NCBI RefSeq assembly: GCF_018977255.1
Contig: NW_024704742.1
Span: 75,084,001-75,148,000, forward strand
Direction of reading: 5' to 3'
Length of the DNA: 64,000 bases
Source: Callorhinchus milii
Lineage: Eukaryota
Of the stretch, positions 35,839 to 48,481 are shown in pieces. A program made the position numbers and the translations under genes. How positions within the stretch are numbered: the stretch's first letter is position 1; the number at the start of each line of letters is the position of its first letter. The notes under the pieces are model-generated. The model searched no databases. It was not told where the DNA came from and saw only the letters and a list, made by a program, of their open reading frames with translations.

Positions 35839-36050
35839 TCGGTGGCGGGGAAATCACTGCAGGCCTTCGCCTTCCCTCCGACGTCGCGGAATCCAGCAGC
35901 AAAAAAAAATTTACAATCCGTCTCCTTTCAAACAAAATCCTAAAGGGCAGCCATTTTGCTTCCTTCTGCTCCTCTACGAAAGCAGACTGGGCTTCACATC
36001 AATATTCATACAGCAGCAGACTGACGTCTATTATCATCACCCACCAAACC
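35839..36050 (-). other. tet2: Non-coding first exon, TET2-like (TSS not defined)
   Basis: Minus strand gtgatgataatagacgtc...tatgaatattgatg...ctgctttcgtagaggagcagaaggaagcaaaatggctgccctttaggattttgtttgaaaggagac closely follows human TET2 exon 1 as I recall it (...tatgaatattgatg...ctgctttcgtagagaagcagaaggaagcaagatggctgccctttaggatttgttagaaaggagac); donor CGA|GTAAGG at 35838-35837. Not database-verified. Confidence 0.8.
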
Positions 36051-36520
36051 CCAGTGCTGCTGCTCCCCAGCCCAAAGTTTGCACGTGACTAGCATTTGCA
36101 CCAACAAGTAGGTATTGTGTGGGGAAGATCAGTTCGCCTGTTTGGGTGACTGTAAATCATTTCCCTACGAGATCCTTAAACACAAAGGGACCCCTATGAT
36201 TTCTGACTGCACAATAGTGAACATTACTGAAGCTGCACTGAAACTCTGGAGTGGAGCGCACCGCACAAGGACTGCCCTCTCCCCCATCGGCTCCTATTGG
36301 TATCCCCCCCACCACCTCCACCCCTTGATCACTCAGCGGCCACCCACCGAGCTGCTCAGGCACAAAAAAAAACAAAGGTTAGAAAAATGACCCAGACCTT
36401 TCTTTATTAATAATAATAATCTTGGCTTTTAATCCTCCTGATGTTGCAGTGCAGTTTTCTGAACACTTCCTGTTTCTTTTCTTCTGCAGTACTTCACCCA
36501 CTTCCTATCTTGCAACACGC
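35940..36520 (-). promoter_or_regulatory. tet2: Pol II promoter region with YY1, CRE, E-box, CCAAT and ETS motifs
   Basis: GCCATTTT 35950-35957 (YY1), TGACGTC 36022-36028 (CRE-like), CACGTGAC 36082-36089 (USF/MiT E-box), ATTGG 36296-36300, CACTTCCT near 36463 and 36501; locally raised CpG and no recognisable TEs. Confidence 0.72.
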
Positions 36521-37310
36521 TCATCCCATCTTTTTTTAAAAAAAAAACCCCCACCCTTTTAACGTTTGCACAGGGGGCTGTTATTTATTTGGAACTCGTA
36601 GGTTGGAACCCCTCTTGACCTGAAACCCCCCCCAGAGAGTCAACAGGACAAGAACCCCGACCATCCATCCCGTCTGCCATCCCCAATTGGTGCAGCCCAT
36701 GTGGGTTGTGCAGGAGAAAAACCAGCCACGTGCAGTCAGTGCTGCACCAGCTAATGTCTGTGCCATCAGAGCAGTCATTCCCTCCAGTCAAATGCACCCC
36801 CTAAACATGTCTTTGCTTAGATCTCAAGTTTATGTTGATCTTCTCTGGACTTCAGAGTTTTAAAAATAATTGAGGCGTTTTTTTTCTGAGACCCCGACTT
36901 TGCAAGTATTTTTTCTTTTAAGCACGAAGTCTGTGGATGTGATTTCCTTCGCGTGTTTAAATGTGTCTCCTTTCGGAAGTACATTGTGTCACTTCTTGCT
37001 CTCACTCCTTTGAAATGTAACTCTGAGCAGAACAGGTGGTTCGTGTTGGGAGGATAATCCGCTCTGGCTGTGCACCAGCTATAAACCACCACTGGCCCCT
37101 TCCTGCCAGTCAGCCTTCCTAACCAATGTGACATTTGTTGACTCTGAACAGAATGCACATCCCCCACCAGTCAGCCCGGGAGATAGTCAGTGTGCTTCAA
37201 ACTAAGGGACATTACGTAAATTTAGAGTGCAGGGGATGGGAGATGGCTCCAATTTACTGAAACACTTTTACATAGAATTTTACAAATCTCGGCCGATCTA
37301 TCATTATGTG

Positions 37311-37670
37311 TGGAGACCTGTAGCTCAGTGGTTAGAGCACTCAACTCGCAAGCGACAGTTGGATTCTCACCAAAGCGAAATGTTGGGCAAGTTTCCTTAC
37401 TCCACACGCCTCTGTTTACCCAGCAGTAAGTAGGAACCTGGTTGTTAGTCGATTGGCGGATCGCTTTTCCGGGGATAATAATTCCTTCCAAAAAAAAATT
37501 GGTCCACTTAAATCCACGACTGTTTGTGGGACACTGCTGTGCACAATTGGCTGCCAAGTTTCGTCCACAAAATACACTGTCAAGTCACTTCACAATATAT
37601 TCTGTGAAGCACTTTGAGACATCTCAAAGACGTGCTAAGGCACTATATCAAATGCAAGGATTATTATTAT
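37311..37670 (+). mobile_element. Full-length tRNA-headed SINE (long variant, about 360 bp)
   Basis: tggagacctgtagctcagtggttagagcac ... ctctgtttacccagcagtaagtaggaacctggttgttagtcgattggcggatc ... (tta)n. Confidence 0.93.
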
Positions 37671-38881
37671 GCACGCTAGAGGCAACCCATCCAGATTTAA
37701 TGTAATGGTCTATTTCTACTTAAAATAGACCCATTTCTCAATAAAATTCTTTATTTTATCCCACACTAACTGTGGGTTAATCCAAACACTATCCAACCAA
37801 CCCAAAATTCAAACCGTTCAGAAGTTATAGAAAGAGCTATCACACTTGACACAAATATTTTGGATACAATGTTATAGACTCTTACAAATATAAGTCTTTC
37901 TATCTGCTTGTTTGTTACAGCATCTCCAGGTCAATCATGCAGAAATATTTAGCTAACCAGTTGAAAATGAAATGATACATTGGGGTATTTTTCCTTTTGT
38001 TTAAAATTAGACTTGAATTGAAAGGGAATAAAAGTAATGAGATGTTTTTATGAAAAAAACTGCTTCTAAATCATTATTTGTTCCCACCTGCATGACAAAA
38101 TATATTATATATACACAAGCAATTTTAATGCTGGACTTTAATCTTTCAACACGGGCTTCAGGTGCTCATTAGAAAAATTCTCGGAGAGGCGAGATTGTGT
38201 TTCAGGCTCATGGCAACTTAATGAGAAACTCTGAAGAAAGGATTCAGAAGTCTGAAAAACTGCTTTGCTGATTAACCTCAGTTCCACTCTTCCACCCACG
38301 CCCATCCTGCCTCAAGTACCTACCACTTTGTTACTGCATCTATTTCTTACCCACCTCAGCAAATGTGGTCCCATTCCAGTGCTGAATTGACCACGGGCCA
38401 TTATGCAAGTGTTAAGGGCAAATCAACTTGGAATGATTTATGGGTTGTAAAGGCAAGTGATACTTTTTCTACGCAGTGGTTCAAACAATGATGGCACGGC
38501 TGCTGTTATTTACTTTTCGCACACTAATTACTTAGTCACAGCAGGGCAAGTGTGAACTGGGAGCTGCATCCTGATAAGAGTGGTGTTTGTCAACAATGAT
38601 ACAGAGCAATGGGCCAAGTACCAAGTTAAGGCACCTTGATTCTCCATTAATTTTTCTTACAAACCAATTTTCTGAGAGCATCTCTCAGGATGAAACTACT
38701 TTTCATAATTTCTGATCTTTATTTCTCCAATTTTTCCTACATCTTAGTGAAAACATATGTGGTGGGTAACAGTGTTCAACTGCCCTTCAGCTGTCCTACA
38801 CCGGTCTCTCACTCCAATCCTTGTGGGGATACAGTAGCTCTCTATCTCTATCGAATGAACTTTAAAAACATCATCCTCAAA

Positions 38882-39184
38882 TGGAGTCCTGTAGCTCAGT
38901 GGTTAGAGCACTTGTCTCAAAAGCAAGAGACCTGGGTTCCATTCCTGGCAGAGCTAAACGTTGTGCAAGTTTCCTTACTCCACATGCCTCTGTTTACCTA
39001 GCAGGAAGTAGGAACCTGGTTGATAGTCGATTGGCGGATCACTTTTCCGTGGATAATAATTGGCTGCCGTGATTCGCCCACAAAATATACAGCCAATTCA
39101 CTTCATAGTATATTCTGTGAAGCTCTTTGAGACGTCTCGAAGACGCGATAAGGTGCTACATCAAATGCAAGGATTATTATTATT
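38882..39184 (+). mobile_element. tRNA-headed SINE, long variant with internal deletion
   Basis: tggagtcctgtagctcagtggttagagcac ... caaatgcaaggattattattatt. Confidence 0.92.
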
Positions 39185-39264
39185 GAAATACCTTTACAAG
39201 CACAATAGTGTTCCACAAACAGCCATAATGTATTTTATTTTGTGAAATTGTTGCCAGTTCACTG

Positions 39265-39971
39265 GGAGAATTTCCTACAGTTGAATATGAACAAGACTGA
39301 GGCCCTCCTGATTGGCTCGCGCCAGCGCCTCAGCACTTCAGGCTCTGGCAGCATCAACCTCCATGGTTGCACACTTCAACTCACCAAGCCAGTCAGGAAC
39401 CTAGGTGTCTTGTTCGACCCTCAACTGTCTTTTCTCCCCCACATTCAAGCCATGACCCGCTCTGCCTTCCCTCACCTCCGTAACATCAACCGACTCCACC
39501 ACTACCTCACCCCTCAGGCCGCTGAAACTCTTGTTCATGCTTCATCACCTCCAGGCTTGACTATGCAAACGTCCTGCTTGTCGGCCTTCCCAACTCCTCC
39601 CTCCACAGGCTGCAGATAATCCAGAACTCTGCAGCCCGTGTCCTCCGTGACCCCATCTCCCCCACTCTCACCCGATTCCATCGGCTCCCTATTCTTCAGA
39701 GGATCCAGTTCAAGATTTTGGTTCTCACATACAAAGCCCTCCATGGCCTCACCCCAGCCTACCTCTGCGACCTCCTAGCCCCCTACCAACCCGCCCACTC
39801 CCTCCACTCAGCCAGCTCTGGTCTGCTCCAGGTCCCCCGACCCATCTTGGCGGGAGAGCCTTCAGCCACTCTGCCCCCAACCTCTGGAATTCCATCCCCC
39901 AGTCACCCTGTCTCACCCCCTCCTTAGCCTCCTTCAAGTCCCGCCTCAAGACCCTCCTCTTTGACCATGCC
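39265..39971 (+). mobile_element. L2 3' ORF2 fragment
   Basis: ENFLQLNMNKTEALLIGSRQRL...VRNLGVLFDPQLSF...[18 protein letters not shown]. Confidence 0.93.
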
Positions 39972-40279
39972 AACGTATATTTTGAAGATGTTCCCGATTT
40001 GGAAGTGTTTCACAGAGGCTGATTTTCATTTGATCACACTATACAGAATGAAAGATACAGAAAGGTTGGAAGCTAACTCCAGATGTCAATTGCTCCCCAA
40101 TGTTTCAATATAGGGCACAGACAGGCCTCTCCATTGTAGCAGTACAATATATAACAAGAATTTTGACTGACAGGTTATGGCAGAAACCACATTTGTATAG
40201 CATTTAAATGTGGTACTCATTATTGGTAAATAGATTATTATTGGCAGCCATTGCACACATATTACTTATATAATTATGT

Positions 40280-40845
40280 ACAGTTCTGGGGATCAAAATA
40301 CTTCAGCGGCCTGAGGGGTGAGTAGTGGTGGAGTCGGGCGATGTCATGGATGTGAGGGAAGGCAGAGCGGGCCTTGGAGAGTATGCAGAAGAGATTTACC
40401 AGAATAATACCAGGGATGAGGGATGTGGAAAGACTGGGATTGTTCTCCTTAGAGCAGAGAAGGTTGAGTGGAGATTTTAATGGAGGTGATCAAAATTATG
40501 AGGGGTTTTGATAGAGTAGATAGGGAGAAACTGTTTCCTCTGATGTGTGGGTCAGTAACCAGAGGGCACAGAGATACAGATTTATGATAATTGACAAAAG
40601 AACTAGAGGGGTGACGAGGAGATTGTTTTTACCCTGAAAGTAGTTATGATCTGAAATGCACTGTCTGAAAGGTTGAAGCAGATTCAAAAGTCGATTTCAA
40701 ACGGGTATTGGATAGGTTTTTGAAAACAAAAATTACAGGTCTATGGGGTAAGGGCAGGAGAATTGGACTAGTGGATAGCTTTATCACAGGCACAATTGGC
40801 CAAAAGGCCTCCTTCTGTGCTGTAAGATTCTATGATTCTATGACA
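40280..40845 (+). mobile_element. CR1 3' fragment with tail
   Basis: ttggagagtatgcagaagagatttaccagaat, ttctccttagagcagagaagg; terminus ggcctccttctgtgctgtaagattctatgattctatga. Confidence 0.9.
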
Positions 40846-42384
40846 TTGTACAGAGCAACATGTGTGCAAATATTAAACCAAAATATTATTTAGATTTTTT
40901 TCATTAAGAGTTGAATATATTGATTCCCATTTGTACATCATATTGGCATGCATTGTTGAATTGATCTGTTTATTGAGATCATGATGTAGAGCCTATCTTG
41001 AGCGATTATCCAATATCAGCAGCCAAACAGTAATACAGCTCAATGCAGTTGTTAAGGAGAGCAACCCTCAGAGCAACCACCTGTTTAATATGGCCAAGAC
41101 AACAAACAGCTCTGTCTTCAGGAAGCTGTGCTGTGAAATTCACTCAATAGCAATGCCCGCATCCCACCAGGAAATAATGAGTGCCACTTGTCTCTGCCAA
41201 ACAGGCATGATCGCAGTCTAACTAAAAGTACACTCTGTTTATACAGCGGATTGAATTTACATTAAATTTAATGATCCAAACCTAGTTCAACCTTGTGACT
41301 CTCTATAGCACACCCTGGGCAAGATTGAAGTAACAGCTGCTGGTGGTAATTTAGTTTGGTGTGAAGTGCTTGGGTGTCAACTGCAAAGGATTATTCTCAT
41401 TATCATTATTTGGATATTCACTTCATGGGCGTTGATGAGACATTGTGAATTGTGCAAATTAGCTGCTGTGTTTAGCTACAAAATACATAGTGACTAAATG
41501 TTCGAGTACAGTAAAATATTCTTTACAGAATTTCAACATACCCATCCTTATCCTCATGATTTCTGCCTGACTTTTAAATTTTAAAATTTTAAGATTTTAA
41601 AACCTGAACATTTGCCTTTTTTTCCATGGAAACTAGATGTAACTACATCTCTCCTTTCCCCCCTCCCAACACCAATAGATGGCACATTTTATAGAAAACT
41701 CTGTGAGGCACTTTGAAGCATTTTGAAGTGATAAGGTGCTGTATCAAATGCAAGGATTACTTTAACTATTATCATTGGCAATGTTGTTATATTGCAGTCA
41801 AACCATTTGATGAGTATTGATTGACAATGCATATGAAGCCCTCACCTACTCCCGCTTTGCTGAAACACTAGCAGTTGCCATTATTGCCATCTGCAAAGCA
41901 TGGAATTTCAGTACCATTTCATGGGTTGCTGGTTTAACCCTGATTCAATGAGGCATTTCCTCCTAATTGAATGGGTATCGAAGACCATTTAATTTGCAAA
42001 GAACTTCAGGACATAAAAGTCATGCACTTTAAAAGAACTTGAGATTAGAAATATTTTGTTTTTGGCACATAAAGATTTATGAACACGTTTAATAGTTTCC
42101 CAGATAAAGCTTAAAATGGAATGGGAATGAAAACTCTATAAGAGATAATTACACATAAAGGAATCCCTTTTTTGGAAGAGGGAGTGATGACGGCGGTTTC
42201 GGGGGGAATGGAAGTCTGCAGAGAGGGACAGTTGACTATATCAACCAGCAGGGGGCAGAGGAGGGGGGTTGAGTGACCAGGAGCTGGGTGGAGAGAGGTA
42301 GAGGCAGCAGGTAGTGATCTTTGTGTTGATGATGATGGTTGAGAGGGAGGAAGGAGAGTCAGGTGAGTCCACCAACAGCACAAT

Positions 42385-43150
42385 ATTATTCGTAAAGAGA
42401 AGTGCCCCAGTCCTTCCCCATCGATCCCATCCAATACGTCGTTGATGAACACATCAAACAGGGTGGGTGACAATGGGCAGCTTTGCCTTATCCCACTTTC
42501 CAGAGGGATTGGCTCAGTGAGTTCAGTATCTACCAATACACGAATCTTGGCAATACACATTTTGGATAAAATCCAGAATTCAGCCATGTATTCCCATGGA
42601 TTCCAGTTTCATCAAGAGGGCCTCATGAGGCACTAGGTCAAAAGCCTTACAAAATTCGATGATCGCGAATTTGGTGGATTTCCCCTCAGCTTTATGACGT
42701 TCTGCGATTTCATACAGAGACACAACTTGTCCCACACATTCCTCATGAGAACGGAAGCCTGCCTGTTCCATCCTGATCAAATCCCGAGCCTCCCAATGTG
42801 TGCGATACATGTCCAGTGACTCCTGAAGCACCAATTTTAGAGTCACTGAAATCAGCGAGATCCCTCTGAAGTTACCAGTTTCACTAGAGTCACCTTTCTT
42901 ATGGACAGACTCCACAATTTCATTCTGGAATACTGATCGGGTGTGTGCCTCAGAGAGAATCCAGAGACCAGGGCTAAGAGGGCAGCTTCAAGGTGAGTTA
43001 GGGATTCCATTGGCAAGGCACCACAGTGCAGAGTCCATCTCCTCCCAGCGGATTGGGTCATTAAGGCCTTCAATGTGGCCCATGCCTTCCGCCAGCTCTT
43101 CCAACCTCCATGCAGATGGATCTCTGCTATGTTCTGTTGGGTCAAATGCC
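42385..43150 (-). mobile_element. Reverse-transcriptase fragment of an RTE/RTE-X-like non-LTR element
   Basis: HKKGDSSETGNFRGISLIS, EQAGFR, EFCKAFDLVPHEALLMKL, GIRQSCPLSPTLFDVFIND; frameshifted; motifs differ from the L2/CR1 copies here. Confidence 0.85.
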
Positions 43151-43309
43151 AACTCTGCGTAATGCTCCCTCCAGTGTCAGCGTAAACTATGTGACTTCCA
43201 AATATCAATGTGGATTTTGAACTCACAACCTTCCGACTTAAAGGCAAGGGTGCCACCAACTGAGCCAGTTGATGCCTTTGGTGCCATTAAGCCACAAAAA
43301 CAAGGCAAT

Positions 43310-43595
43310 GCAATTTGCAAGTCCCAGTTCTAGTCTGTGCTGAGTTGACTGATATCAGCTAATGTAGCAGTTGTGGCATAAACTCCTGGATAAGAAGGAA
43401 AGATTAGATGGAGTATCCTGGTTGCAATCCAGTGACCTCTGCTGGAAAGTGTGCATGAGTACAGGATCAGGTCTGTCTGTGATTCTCCCCATAGCTGAAC
43501 AGTCAGTCAACTCTTGTATTTGTGCCAATTGTTGATTCTTTTCAGCACCTCTAGGTCATCAGGTAGCTGCTGACATCATGGAGCCACACTACCTA
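43310..43595 (+). mobile_element. Ancient AmnSINE2-like SINE
   Basis: gtctgtgctgagttgactgatatcagct ... caatccagtgacctctgctggaaagtgtgc ... acaggatcagg. Confidence 0.55.
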
Positions 43596-44132
43596 TGTGC
43601 AGGAAGCTGTCTGGTCAGTAATAAATGCAGGAAATGTACCACACTTCCATATCCCATGGACCCACAATGTGCCTATGTTACATCTGAACCCACAGTATAC
43701 TGAACTTAGGCTCAAATCATCCATGCCGGTGTTTATACTCCACACCTCCTATCCTCTCACCTACATCCCTCTGTCTTGGAGTTTCAAGATTATTCTATCT
43801 AATTACCCTATCATAACCATAAACATGGACATGATCCCTTTGTGAAATCCCAAGGTCTAGGTTGAGTAAGATGCAATATCATGTTGTCACATTTTCTTTT
43901 GATGAAGGAAATTAATTTTACACCCAGGATGGATCAAAAGCCTTTCACTTCACAGTAATGAATATGGAGCATAGAGTTTTCCTGCTGTGTGAAGTCTTAA
44001 ACACGGAAAGGAGGCCTTTCTAACAGTCTCAAATACGTCACTACCTTGAATTGCAAGATGAATGTTCTAGCAGATATGCAACATAAGGATCTACTTACTA
44101 CTCAAATGTTTAGCATGCAGTTAGTTATACCA

Positions 44133-44362
44133 AAAACAAAAGTCACTGGGAACATTCAGCAGGTCAGACAGCATCTATGAAGAAAGGAAAGTGAGTCAAT
44201 GTTTCGGGTCCACGACCCTTCGTAAGAACAAACAAAGGAATCGTGGACCCGAAACATTGACTCACTTTTCTTTCTCCATAGACACTGCCTGACCTGCTGA
44301 GTGTTCCTAGCAACTTCTGTTTTTGATTTCAGATTTCCAGCATCTGCAGTATCTTGTGTTTT
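44133..44362. mobile_element. Non-autonomous fold-back element made of two inverted Penelope pLTR ends, 13-bp TSD
   Basis: TSD gttagttatacca at 44120-44132 and 44363-44375; 44131-44214 pairs with 44241-44325; same sequence family as 26059-26129 and 26641-26742. Confidence 0.92.
44193..44229 (-). ncRNA. Minimal hammerhead ribozyme motif, core mutated
   Basis: Minus strand CTTACGA-A-GGGTC/GTG/GACCC-GAAA-CATTGAC. Confidence 0.62.
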
Positions 44363-44689
44363 GTTAGTTATACCATATCTGCTGACCTGGCTACAGCTCC
44401 CAAATAGTTTCAGAGCACAAACTGAAGGAATTATGCATCATGTTGGATCTTTACACCCTCCTTATTAATTATCATTGGACATGACTTAGTTGATACTTTG
44501 ACAGGCTGGAGTACTTCCTCTCCTTGTGCTATCTGACCTGGAACTAACTATAAGCCAAATAAATGAATAGAGGTATAAAGCGGAAATCTCTCTGAAATAA
44601 TAGGGTTGAGAGTTGAGGCAGTATTTCCTGATGTGCAGTATTATAACCACCGTGGTGCAAAAGATAGTTTTGTTCATCCCAAATGTGTG

Positions 44690-45065
44690 AAATCATCACC
44701 TGAGTTTGCAGGACTGTTTGTCATACATGAGGAATACTGTCCTGTGAGACCACACTGAGAAGAGCCCTCTGTTGTTCTCGTCTCTCTTCAAGGACAGCAA
44801 GGTCCCAATGCAGGTTTAGCTTGTGGTATATAAGACCTTATAAGATCTGTGTCAAAACAATTCTCCTTCATGATTCCTGAGCATGCAACCAAGGGGTTTC
44901 ATCTAGCCTTCTTGGGAAGTCCAGGCCCAAGCAATGAGGTGGATTTGAAGTAAACAGAGGAAGGGAGGGAGGACTCCAGCCTACATTGACCTGTCACTGA
45001 GCACCCTGTAGGTGGACTCAGTTTCACAGTGGGCACATGAGGACATAGATTATCCAGCTGGTGCA
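44690..45065 (+). mobile_element. RTE-X-like LINE internal fragment
   Basis: ctccagcctacattgacctgtcactgagcaccctg matches ctccagtctacactgatctgtcactgagcaccctg at about 4891-4925; left boundary uncertain. Confidence 0.55.
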
Positions 45066-45134
45066 TCAATTAATTATTTCATATAGAAATGTAAAAAGAA
45101 GTTTGATGACAAAGAGTTGTTCTTAACTTAAAGA

Positions 45135-45900
45135 AACAACAGCAATTTACATTTATGAGCATATATTGTACCTTTCGCATCAGTAGGATATCTTAAACCA
45201 CTTCACACAACTGACAGCAAGCTCAAACTGGGAAGGGTGGGGGAGATGACTGTAGGCACAGTCGAAGAAGAAGGTCTTTAGGCACAATCAGAAGATGGGG
45301 AAGGAAGGGGCAAGGCAGAGGGATAGAGGAAGAGTGTTCCAGAGTTTTGGGGCGTAGTGGCTAAAGACACGGCCGTTGATGGTGGAATGGAGGGTACGAG
45401 GGAGCAGAGGCAGCGGGTAGTAGGTTGGGGAGTAAGCAGGTCGGAGAGGTAGGGAAGTAACAAAGCATGAAGAGATTTGAAAATGAGTGTGAGAATTTTG
45501 AAATCGATCCAATTGGCAATAAGGAGTCAGTGGAGCCTGGCTAGATGGGGGTATGGAGTTTAGAATGGGGGATGCCAGGATTTTTGGATCAACTAGATTT
45601 TTTGGATGGTGGAGCCTGGAAGATCAGTGAGGAAGGCATTTGACTAGTCGGAGGTGGGTGACATTGCAAAAAGCTAGTGAGAGCCTACATGTTCAGCTGG
45701 GATGAACAAGATACTGAGATTCTGCACTGGCTATGTGATAGAGTGTGCATCCATGCAGGTTGATGCAGGTAGTCCCTGAGGTGAGAAAGCGCTGATGGGA
45801 TCAGCCAAGAGAACCTCTCTCTTGTCGACATTGAGCTGTACAAAGTTAGAAATTATCCAGGACTTATCACAACAACAGTGGTCTTGGAATGAGATAGAGT
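45135..45900 (-). mobile_element. Old L2 3' fragment
   Basis: NFVQLNVDKREVLL, LPYLSDLLTP, GRVFSHYAPKLWNTLPLSL; tail aacaacagcaatttacatttat. Confidence 0.85.
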
Positions 45901-46714
45901 TGGGTGAGATCTGAGTTATCGAGGGAGAGCGTATAGGTAGTGAAAGGAGAGGACAACGATTGAAGTCGTCTGAAATTACTTTGTGAGAGATAAATGTGTC
46001 GATGATGAATCTAATGACAAATTCAGAACAGAATCTGAGGGAGATTAGGAGGGAGGACATGTTGGGCAAATATGCCAATAGGTTTAGAGAAGGAATAGTA
46101 GATAATAAAAATCTTGAGTGCGAGATTGGAAGCAAAGTTAAGAGCAAACACATTTACTGTTTATCTTCAATATTTCATTCAGACTATTCGGTAAAATCAT
46201 ATAACCATAGAACTCCATGGTAGAGTTTGAGATCACTCATCCCATTGTATTAATGTAGGTTTTGCTTCTCCAAATAATTCAATCTATCCTTATTCCAATT
46301 CCCTGCTTGTTTTCCATTACCCTCTAATGTTTTCCCCCACAATTTGGTATCATCCAGGAACTGAGATGATAGAGATATAGGAACACAAAGACAGAAGGAG
46401 CCCTGTTCTGTTTACAATAACCTCATGAAAATCATTATGACTATCACGAGTCTAAGTCCAATCTCAGGAGGTCATTGCTAATCACTACTCCACAATTAAA
46501 ACTATTAGACTGCCTTGATAACTGCCTTCTGTTCTCTATCAATTGGATCTTTAATTTGCAACATCCTCCTTGAAGAACTTAATCAAATACTTTCTGAAAA
46601 TCGGCAGCATTAGCAATTGTTATGGCAATAAACATAAGTCAGTTTTACTGTTGACTATGGAACCAGCGATCTGCATATTGAAGTAACTGAATACAACACA
46701 GAACAGCTCATCAA

Positions 46715-47112
46715 TAGGATTTACTGGGGGGCAGGGAATCCTCCCATTCAACTCCTGTTAACCCTGCAAACCAAACCTCAAAGGGTCAGATGTTTCTGGA
46801 TGCATAAGCAGTGGGAAAGCTTGCCAGACAATACTTTCAATGGCAAACTATGTGGTTTTACCTGGTTAGACTCCAACAGTAACCCAACACACACTCTGAA
46901 GTCCCCAATTTGGCTCTTGCTAACCTGTACCAAATATTCCCCAGAATTAGTGAAAAGGATGCTTCCTACCAAGGAGAACGTGCATTCCATTTCAATGTAT
47001 AGGAATTTCCATATATAGGTGGGAAGCATGGAACTCTCAGTTGTGGTTGGAAACTCTTAAGCACTGTAATGAGTTTCCCCATATGTCAAACACCCGTTTG
47101 ACCAAAAGAAAG
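46715..47112 (+). mobile_element. RTE-X-like LINE 3' terminus
   Basis: ctcctgttaaccctgcaa, cagtgggaaagcttgccagacaatactttcaatggcaaactatgtgg, catatgtcaaacacccgtttgaccaaaagaaa. Confidence 0.7.
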
Positions 47113-48481
47113 CACCACGTGCAACTGAAAACATTTAATTTTGAAATACTGGTATTTTTCATCCAAACCTTTCATGATCTTGTGATCTTCTGTTCACTGA
47201 TCCACCTGAAAGTTTTCTCTGCGTACCCATCAGGCCCCACTGGCTTAATGTCTTCTAGTGGATCAACATCAAGGTCCTACTTTGTAGGATTGTATATCTT
47301 GCGAAGCAATTTGAGACACCCTTTCAATGTGAAAGGCATTATATCTCATGTAAGGATTATTAGGACCCTTGTGTTTGCAACTACAGGTAATGTTGCTAAT
47401 TCTTATTTTGGGATTTGTGTGAATAATAACTGTAAAATGTATCAAAAAATAGTTTTTGTGAACAATTTAGAAGGAATTCTGTGTTGGTGAAAAGTGTATA
47501 GTTTCAAGTTTAGAAGGATCAATGACTGTATATGGTATGCTTCATATTTGCGGCAGTCTTAAAGATTTTCTCCTCCCTGGCTTCTCTCAGACTGTGCTGA
47601 CAGATTTTATTGCCCTCTGCTGACATATTTCTTTCATGGCATCTCAATTCAGTGGTCTTAATTTGGCACAAGTCAAGTGCTGATGTTGTTATTTCCCTAA
47701 TCTGAAAAAGTTTAATGTATATTTTTGGGGGAAGGGCTGAAGAGGCCAATTGTTTGTTAGATTTGTCGTATAATAATAATAATCCTAGCATGTAATCGTG
47801 AAGTTTCAAAGTGCTTCATGGGATTTTACTGCAAAGTATAGTGATTGTATTTAGAGACAAACACTGGCAGCAAATTTGCACACAGTACTGCCCCACAAAC
47901 AGCCATGAAGTGAATGATCATGAAGTAAATCACCAATTTTCTCTGGACAATTTTTTTCTTAAGATTAATCTTGAGGAACATTTGTTTTATTACACAGGAG
48001 GAAAGATAATTATGACTATAAATACAGTTAAAGGTTTCAACTAACTGATCCACTGGTAGAAAGTGACACACTGACTGATGCAATAAACTTTCTACTGTAC
48101 CTTTAATAGCCTTACACAATGTGAACAACAGGAAGCAGAACTAACTATTTCAGTCTTAATATGCAAAAAATAATTACACAGTAACAAGTGATCCAGTAAC
48201 GCCACTTGATACAGCAAAACTCTGATCTGTATTAATGGTATAATTGCCTAAGTAGTACATCTACCCAAATCTCATTCAATTTCCTATTCACTCCATTTAA
48301 ATTTATCTGCACTAATCGTATTAACAATCGCATAATTCGTAACGTCCCTACCGCACTTTCCACTACCGCACTTACTGGCTGCCGGGTCAAAATTTTGTTT
48401 TCCGGTCTGTCTCAAACAGAACACTGCACATGTGCACCCTGACCCTCTCTGCACCCTACACCTGTATAACTCAAGCATTAG

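Noticed and set aside
34785..36797. Short ORFs across the promoter region as coding exons
   Set aside because: Low-complexity translations of UTR, promoter and simple-repeat DNA; none resembles TET or any protein I recognise.
47519..47702. Open minus frame after a tttttcAG acceptor
   Set aside because: No donor, no recognisable homology and no linked exons.
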